Positions 59,432 through 64,000 of a stretch of DNA of 64,000 bases are shown piece after piece. The stretch lies in contig OY761611.1 in the NCBI GenBank assembly GCA_963664875.1, positions 928,001 through 992,000 of the forward strand, given 5' to 3'. Both the position numbers and the translations under genes were made by a program. Within the stretch, counting starts at the first letter, position 1. Each line of letters opens with the position of its first letter. The notes below the pieces were generated by a model. It worked only from the letters and a program-made list of their open reading frames with translations. It had not been told where the DNA came from and made no database searches. This stretch comes from Candidatus Kapaibacterium sp. (GTDB lineage: Bacteria > Bacteroidota > Ignavibacteria > Kapaibacteriales > UBA2268).

Positions 59432-60565
59432 TTACATGTTAGAATTAAACTTTTCAAGCATATCTTTCTTCCATTGCACAAAATCTCCGGCAGCTATATG
59501 CTCTCTTGCACTTTTGACCAACCAGAGATAAAAAGCTATATTATGCATAGAAGCTAACTGCAAAGCAAGTATTTCATTAGCAACAAACAAATGTCGTAAG
59601 TAGCCAAGTGAAAAATTGTTGCTTGCGTACGAATCTATATTTTTGTCTATGACTTCATCAGAAAGTTTATATTTTGCATTTTTGATATTGATTTTGCCAT
59701 GCGTAGTAAAAAGTTGACCGTTTCTTGCATTTCTTGTTGGCATTACGCAGTCAAACATATCAATACCTCGTTCGATTCCTTCCAAAATATTTTCCGGAGT
59801 GCCCACTCCCATTAAATATCTTGGTTTATCAGCAGGTAATATATCAGTGCAAACATCTGTCAGCTCATACATTACTTCAGCCGGTTCGCCTACAGAAAGT
59901 CCACCAATTGCATAACCGTCAAAGTCTATATCTAACATTTGAGTAGTGTATTGCTTTCTCAAATCAGCATACATTCCACCTTGACCAATTCCAAATAGGA
60001 ACTGTTTATGTCCATATTTTGGTTCGGTTCTATCAAATTCTTTTTTGCACCTGTCTGCCCAACGCATTGACATCTGCATAGATTTAATCACATAAGACTC
60101 ATCCGCAGGATAAGGGGCACATTCGTCCAAAACCATCACAATGTCTGAACCTAGTGATTTTTGTATCCCTACTACGCTCTCAGGCGAAAAAAAGTGCTTA
60201 GAACCATTTATATGAGAACGAAACTCTGCACCTTGCTCAGTAATTTTTCTAAGTTCTTTGAGAGAAAATATTTGATAACCTCCACTATCGGTTAGTATAG
60301 GCCTATCCCAACCCATGAATTTATGCAAACCACCAAAATGTTCCATTATCTCAGTGCCGGGGCGTAAATACAAGTGGTATGTATTGCCAAGAATTATTTT
60401 TGCATCTAATTCATAAAGCTCTCTTTGTTGCAATGCCTTAACAGAACCCTGAGTTCCAACCGGCATAAAAATAGGAGTAGGTATCTCGCCATGGTCGGTA
60501 AATAACTTTCCCAATCTCGCTTTACTGTTTGTATCAGTCTTTTCTAACTTAAAAAAATTACTCAT
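59432..60565 (-). CDS. tgt: Queuine tRNA-ribosyltransferase
   Basis: FMPVGT, NTYHL, TDSGGYQ, GGLSVGE, DMFDCVMPTRNAR. Confidence 0.96.
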   Translation of the reverse strand: MSNFFKLEKTDTNSKARLGKLFTDHGEIPTPIFMPVGTQGSVKALQQRELYELDAKIILGNTYHLYLRPGTEIMEHFGGLHKFMGWDRPILTDSGGYQIFSLKELRKITEQGAEFRSHINGSKHFFSPESVVGIQKSLGSDIVMVLDECAPYPADESYVIKSMQMSMRWADRCKKEFDRTEPKYGHKQFLFGIGQGGMYADLRKQYTTQMLDIDFDGYAIGGLSVGEPAEVMYELTDVCTDILPADKPRYLMGVGTPENILEGIERGIDMFDCVMPTRNARNGQLFTTHGKINIKNAKYKLSDEVIDKNIDSYASNNFSLGYLRHLFVANEILALQLASMHNIAFYLWLVKSAREHIAAGDFVQWKKDMLEKFNSNM

Positions 60566-60953
60566 CAGCTCTTTCTTTTTTAAAAATCTGTTCGATACGT
60601 CTATATAATAGCAATGATGTCAAAGCACCCACAAGGTCAGCTAAGACATCGAATACATCTGCATCTCTTCCGGGGACAAAACTTTGGTGTATTTCATCAC
60701 TTACCGCAAACAGAGCACTTAACAAAATTACGATAAATATTTGATATTTTTTATTTTTTTTAGTTGCATTAGGTATAACCGCTATCTGCATCAATACTCC
60801 ATATCCGAAATAAGCTCCAAAATGCAAAAGTTTGTCCCAACTTAATATTCCCATCTCAGGGAAGGGTATCTGTGGCTGATTTGACAGATAGAATATTAGG
60901 GCAGAGTATGACAGTATCGGGAAGAGAGATATATAATTAACTTTTTTAAGCAT
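60558..60953 (-). CDS. VanZ-like membrane protein
   Basis: DKLLH, DEIHQSFVPGR, DVLAD. Confidence 0.88.
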   Translation of the reverse strand: MLKKVNYISLFPILSYSALIFYLSNQPQIPFPEMGILSWDKLLHFGAYFGYGVLMQIAVIPNATKKNKKYQIFIVILLSALFAVSDEIHQSFVPGRDADVFDVLADLVGALTSLLLYRRIEQIFKKERADE

Positions 60954-61030
60954 ACTTTATGAAATTTATATTGTTTTCTAAATATTTACTTCTTATTTTG
61001 ACAACTTTATTGACAAAACTATAGATTCTT

Positions 61031-61741
61031 ATGTTTATCAATTTAAAGCTTACTTTTTTATTCTCCTTATGTTTTTTTTCTTTGCTTGCAAATTCTGGTT
61101 TAAGGAGTAAGGAATTAATAGCTACGCAAGACAGTACTATTCAAGATGAAATCGAAATACCGCTTCGTTTTGGAATTGTTTATTCCCCATTTCAGGGTTA
61201 TCGTTTAGTAAATAATGCCAGCCAAAAGCATATATGTGGAAGTTTTTTTAATTTGGGCTATTTAGTAGATTATTACATCACTAAACACTCATTTGCTTCT
61301 TTCAATTTTGGTACTTTATATTACACTGATTTTATACATAATCACAGTTTATATATTGACTATAAGATCTCACATCTCTATTATGGGGATTTATCATATT
61401 TTTACAATGTAGATGTATTTCATATTGGTTTGGGATTAGGTATGAGTTACCTGTTTTTCTACAGAGAATATGAAACGGATCCTACAGATGAAAACACTGA
61501 ATACGAATATTATCTTTTTGAAAATATAAATACTTCTTTAGATATGGCAATTCGTTTTGGTTTTGAGATAGTCGGTACATATAATATTGATTTTAGGTAT
61601 AGTTTTGCTCTCGAAAATCTCAGAGATATAGAAACCGATTTAAAATCCAAGTCAATTTTTGGAATTACCTTATCTATCAAGCTCCCGCGAGCAAATACGG
61701 AAAATCAAAAAATAAATTATATTAAGAGATTGAGTATATAA
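61031..61741 (+). CDS. Hypothetical outer-membrane beta-barrel-like protein
   Basis: Signal peptide; alternating aromatic/Gly beta-strand pattern. Confidence 0.55.
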   Translation: MFINLKLTFLFSLCFFSLLANSGLRSKELIATQDSTIQDEIEIPLRFGIVYSPFQGYRLVNNASQKHICGSFFNLGYLVDYYITKHSFASFNFGTLYYTDFIHNHSLYIDYKISHLYYGDLSYFYNVDVFHIGLGLGMSYLFFYREYETDPTDENTEYEYYLFENINTSLDMAIRFGFEIVGTYNIDFRYSFALENLRDIETDLKSKSIFGITLSIKLPRANTENQKINYIKRLSI

Positions 61742-61752
61742 ACAGGTTATAA

Positions 61753-62436
61753 ATGAAACTTAAAACAGAAAATATTTTAGCCGCAATTTTTTGGATCTTA
61801 CTTTCTACTTGTGTTTATGCAAGCAATCAGGACACAACAGGGAAGCTCAGTGAATTTGAAAAACAAGATAATACAGTTAGATTTGGTTTATCATATTCTG
61901 CGTTAAATACTATGTTTTTTAGTAACGGACATTTGAAAGACAATAGACAGGTAAGTTTAACAAATATACAACCAAGTATAGATTATTTTATCTCTGAGAA
62001 CTCCTTTTTAACTTTGAACTTTGGATATAATTTTTATACCTATTATACAGGTGGCGTATTCACTCTTTATGATGAGCATATAGATCATTTTTTTGCTCAG
62101 ATTTTGTATTCAAATTACGTCAACGAAATATACTGGGGAATCGGGTTGGGGTTTAGCTATACTTATCACATTTGCGAATATGAAGATGAAATATATCAAT
62201 ATTTTCCTATGTTAGGAGAATATTTACATGTCGGGAACGAATACTACCTTTTTCAGCAAAGAAGCTCAACTATTGATTTGACTTCTCAGATTGCGATGGA
62301 TGTCAGTAAGTACTTCAATTTTGGTATTAAAGCCGATATTGCATTAATCAACTTAAGAGATGATGCTGAAAAATTTTCGCATAAAATAACTATTGGCTTA
62401 TTAGTCGGTTTTAAATATCCTTCCTTTAAGAAGTAG
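61753..62436 (+). CDS. Hypothetical outer-membrane beta-barrel-like protein, paralog of the upstream gene
   Basis: Shares RFG..YS, DY.I...SF...NFG..YT, G.GLG.SY, EYYLF and NLRD motifs with 61031..61741. Confidence 0.55.
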   Translation: MKLKTENILAAIFWILLSTCVYASNQDTTGKLSEFEKQDNTVRFGLSYSALNTMFFSNGHLKDNRQVSLTNIQPSIDYFISENSFLTLNFGYNFYTYYTGGVFTLYDEHIDHFFAQILYSNYVNEIYWGIGLGFSYTYHICEYEDEIYQYFPMLGEYLHVGNEYYLFQQRSSTIDLTSQIAMDVSKYFNFGIKADIALINLRDDAEKFSHKITIGLLVGFKYPSFKK

Positions 62437-62455
62437 ATGATAGATTTTTGTTACC

Positions 62456-62514
62456 TAATAATGCTAAACAAATAGAGTAACCAAAAAGATTATTCCATTT
62501 GTTTAGCATTATTA
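62456..62514. repeat. Long AT-rich inverted repeat between convergent genes
   Basis: TAATAATGCTAAACAAAT (62456-62473) and its perfect reverse complement (62497-62514). Confidence 0.8.
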
Positions 62515-62524
62515 TAAACATACT

Positions 62525-64000
62525 TTAGAGAAGATTTACAATACTTTTTAAAGCGAGCATAATATCACTTGCACTCATAGTCATTTCTGAATATTTAGCT
62601 TTAGCGTAATCTCCTGCGAGTGCATGAAGCAATGACCCTAAATAAGCAGCCTCAGTCGTTGGTATATTCTGAGAAACCATTAGACCACCTATGATTCCGG
62701 ATAGCACATCTCCGCTACCGGCGGTTGCCAATCCGGGATTACCACAAGGATTTAGGTAAACCTGTTTGCCATTAGTTATACAAGTAGGATAAAACTTCAG
62801 CAATACAACTGCATCAGTAGTTTGAGCAAGATCTTTAGCTTTATTGATATAATCAGTTTCTATTTCGAATCTATCAGCTCCGGTGATAGCAGAAAACTCT
62901 CCCGTATGGGGAGTCAATATTGTGTTCTTGCTAAGTTTATCAAATTCGATAACTGCCTTCAATGCGTCAGCATCTATCAGCATCCTTGTCTTATCTTTGT
63001 AGTCGCCGATAATCTGTTTTACGTTTCTCAAAGTATTAGTATCGTTTCCAAGTCCGGGGCCTATAACGATACCATCTGCCCTATCCAGAAGTTCGGCAAT
63101 CGACTCAATGGAGTAATCTTCTTTTGATAAATCTCTTTTATAGACAATTACTTCGGGCAATATGGAAGAATGCGGATTAGGAGTAACAAGGTAAACAAAC
63201 CCCGCTCCCGAGCTAATGGCTGCGTTTGCACTCAATGCTGCAGCACCTGGCATATCTTCCGAACCGGCAATTATAACTAATCTTCCATAATCAAATTTTG
63301 AGCTTACTTTTTTACGATTATCAAAATTCAGAAGCTCTAAATCATGTTCCTCTAACAGAAATGTATCTACTCTGTCGGCAACTTCTACTTCAGGGAAACC
63401 CAAAGGGACGGTAATTATCTCACCACAACAGTCTATGGCGTCATGAATGTGCATACCAAGCTTTGGAGCAAACATTGTGATTGTATAATCCGCAATGAAG
63501 CATAGTTCGTGTGCTTTTCCGGTATTAGAATTGACACCTGTTGGTACATCTATTGCAATTTTCAAAACATTAGAATCTGAAACCAATTCGAGTACTTCGA
63601 GCACTTCGCCTTTCAGATTCTCAGAGCCTCCAATGCCGATTAGTGCATCGACTATACAGTCAAATTCGAAGTTAAAAGTTTCTTGTTTGAATGATTCGAA
63701 GCTTAATATTGGTATGTCAAGATTTTGGCAGATTGTAAAGTTCTGTTTTGTTTCTTTTGACATTTGACCTTCGTCACCCACCAACAAAACATAAACTTCA
63801 GCTATATCACTAAGATGCCTTGCAATAGCCAAACCATCACCACCATTATTTCCTGCACCACAAAGAACTAATATGTTTGGAATATAATGTGAATTATTAT
63901 CATCGCTCAGTAGCTTTGATTTTATTATATTTGCTGAATTGATGGCGGCATTTTCCATAAGAATCGCCGAAGGAATTTGTAAAGTATCCATTGCGAACTG
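62525..64000 (-). CDS. nnr: Bifunctional NAD(P)HX epimerase/dehydratase (5' end lies outside the window)
   Basis: LMENA, CGAGNNGGDG, DALIGIG, IDVPTG, IGPGLG, DADAL, TPHTGE, ATAGSGDVL; the frame stays open to the window edge. Confidence 0.93.
   Translation of the reverse strand, partial: QFAMDTLQIPSAILMENAAINSANIIKSKLLSDDNNSHYIPNILVLCGAGNNGGDGLAIARHLSDIAEVYVLLVGDEGQMSKETKQNFTICQNLDIPILSFESFKQETFNFEFDCIVDALIGIGGSENLKGEVLEVLELVSDSNVLKIAIDVPTGVNSNTGKAHELCFIADYTITMFAPKLGMHIHDAIDCCGEIITVPLGFPEVEVADRVDTFLLEEHDLELLNFDNRKKVSSKFDYGRLVIIAGSEDMPGAAALSANAAISSGAGFVYLVTPNPHSSILPEVIVYKRDLSKEDYSIESIAELLDRADGIVIGPGLGNDTNTLRNVKQIIGDYKDKTRMLIDADALKAVIEFDKLSKNTILTPHTGEFSAITGADRFEIETDYINKAKDLAQTTDAVVLLKFYPTCITNGKQVYLNPCGNPGLATAGSGDVLSGIIGGLMVSQNIPTTEAAYLGSLLHALAGDYAKAKYSEMTMSASDIMLALKSIVNLL

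Overview
AT-rich chromosomal window from a Gram-negative bacterium, probably of the Bacteroidota/Chlorobiota/Ignavibacteriota lineage. That placement is inferred from T9SS-type C-terminal sorting domains, the lpxC-fabZ fusion and TAnnTTTG-like promoter motifs before the tRNAs, alongside clear AGGAG Shine-Dalgarno sites. The organism looks anaerobic or fermentative. Left to right: (1) the end of a tandem array of at least 3 near-isometric T9SS-secreted BNR/YCF48-like propeller genes with patchwork nucleotide identity, next to tRNA-Pro(GGG); (2) gmk, an ENPP-family enzyme and an orphan ORF; (3) rex-hydCBA (electron-bifurcating [FeFe] hydrogenase) converging on an hdrCBA-flxDCBA (Hdr-Flx) operon, separated by a low-GC ~3 kb patch of gene remnants and lipoprotein/NTF2-immunity-like genes, 2.5 kb of which is bounded by a 61-bp direct repeat of the flxA 3' end; (4) housekeeping genes (TerC, chorismate mutase fused to a degenerate DAHP-synthase barrel, aroB, aroD, CNNM, hemerythrin, two identical tRNA-Pro(TGG), ispH, cmk, ssb, wbaP, lpxA, lpxC-fabZ, iorAB, a divergent EF-G, M16 peptidase, murC, two PPIases); (5) a T9SS-secreted PhoX-like phosphatase paired with a MauG-like diheme protein; (6) a Na+-pumping methylmalonyl-CoA decarboxylase operon, an ECF sigma/anti-sigma trio, greA, ribBA, yajC, tgt, vanZ, two beta-barrel-like paralogs and a partial nnr. 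No CRISPR array, rRNA, transposase or integrase was seen. All family calls come from motif recognition by eye; no database searches were run.
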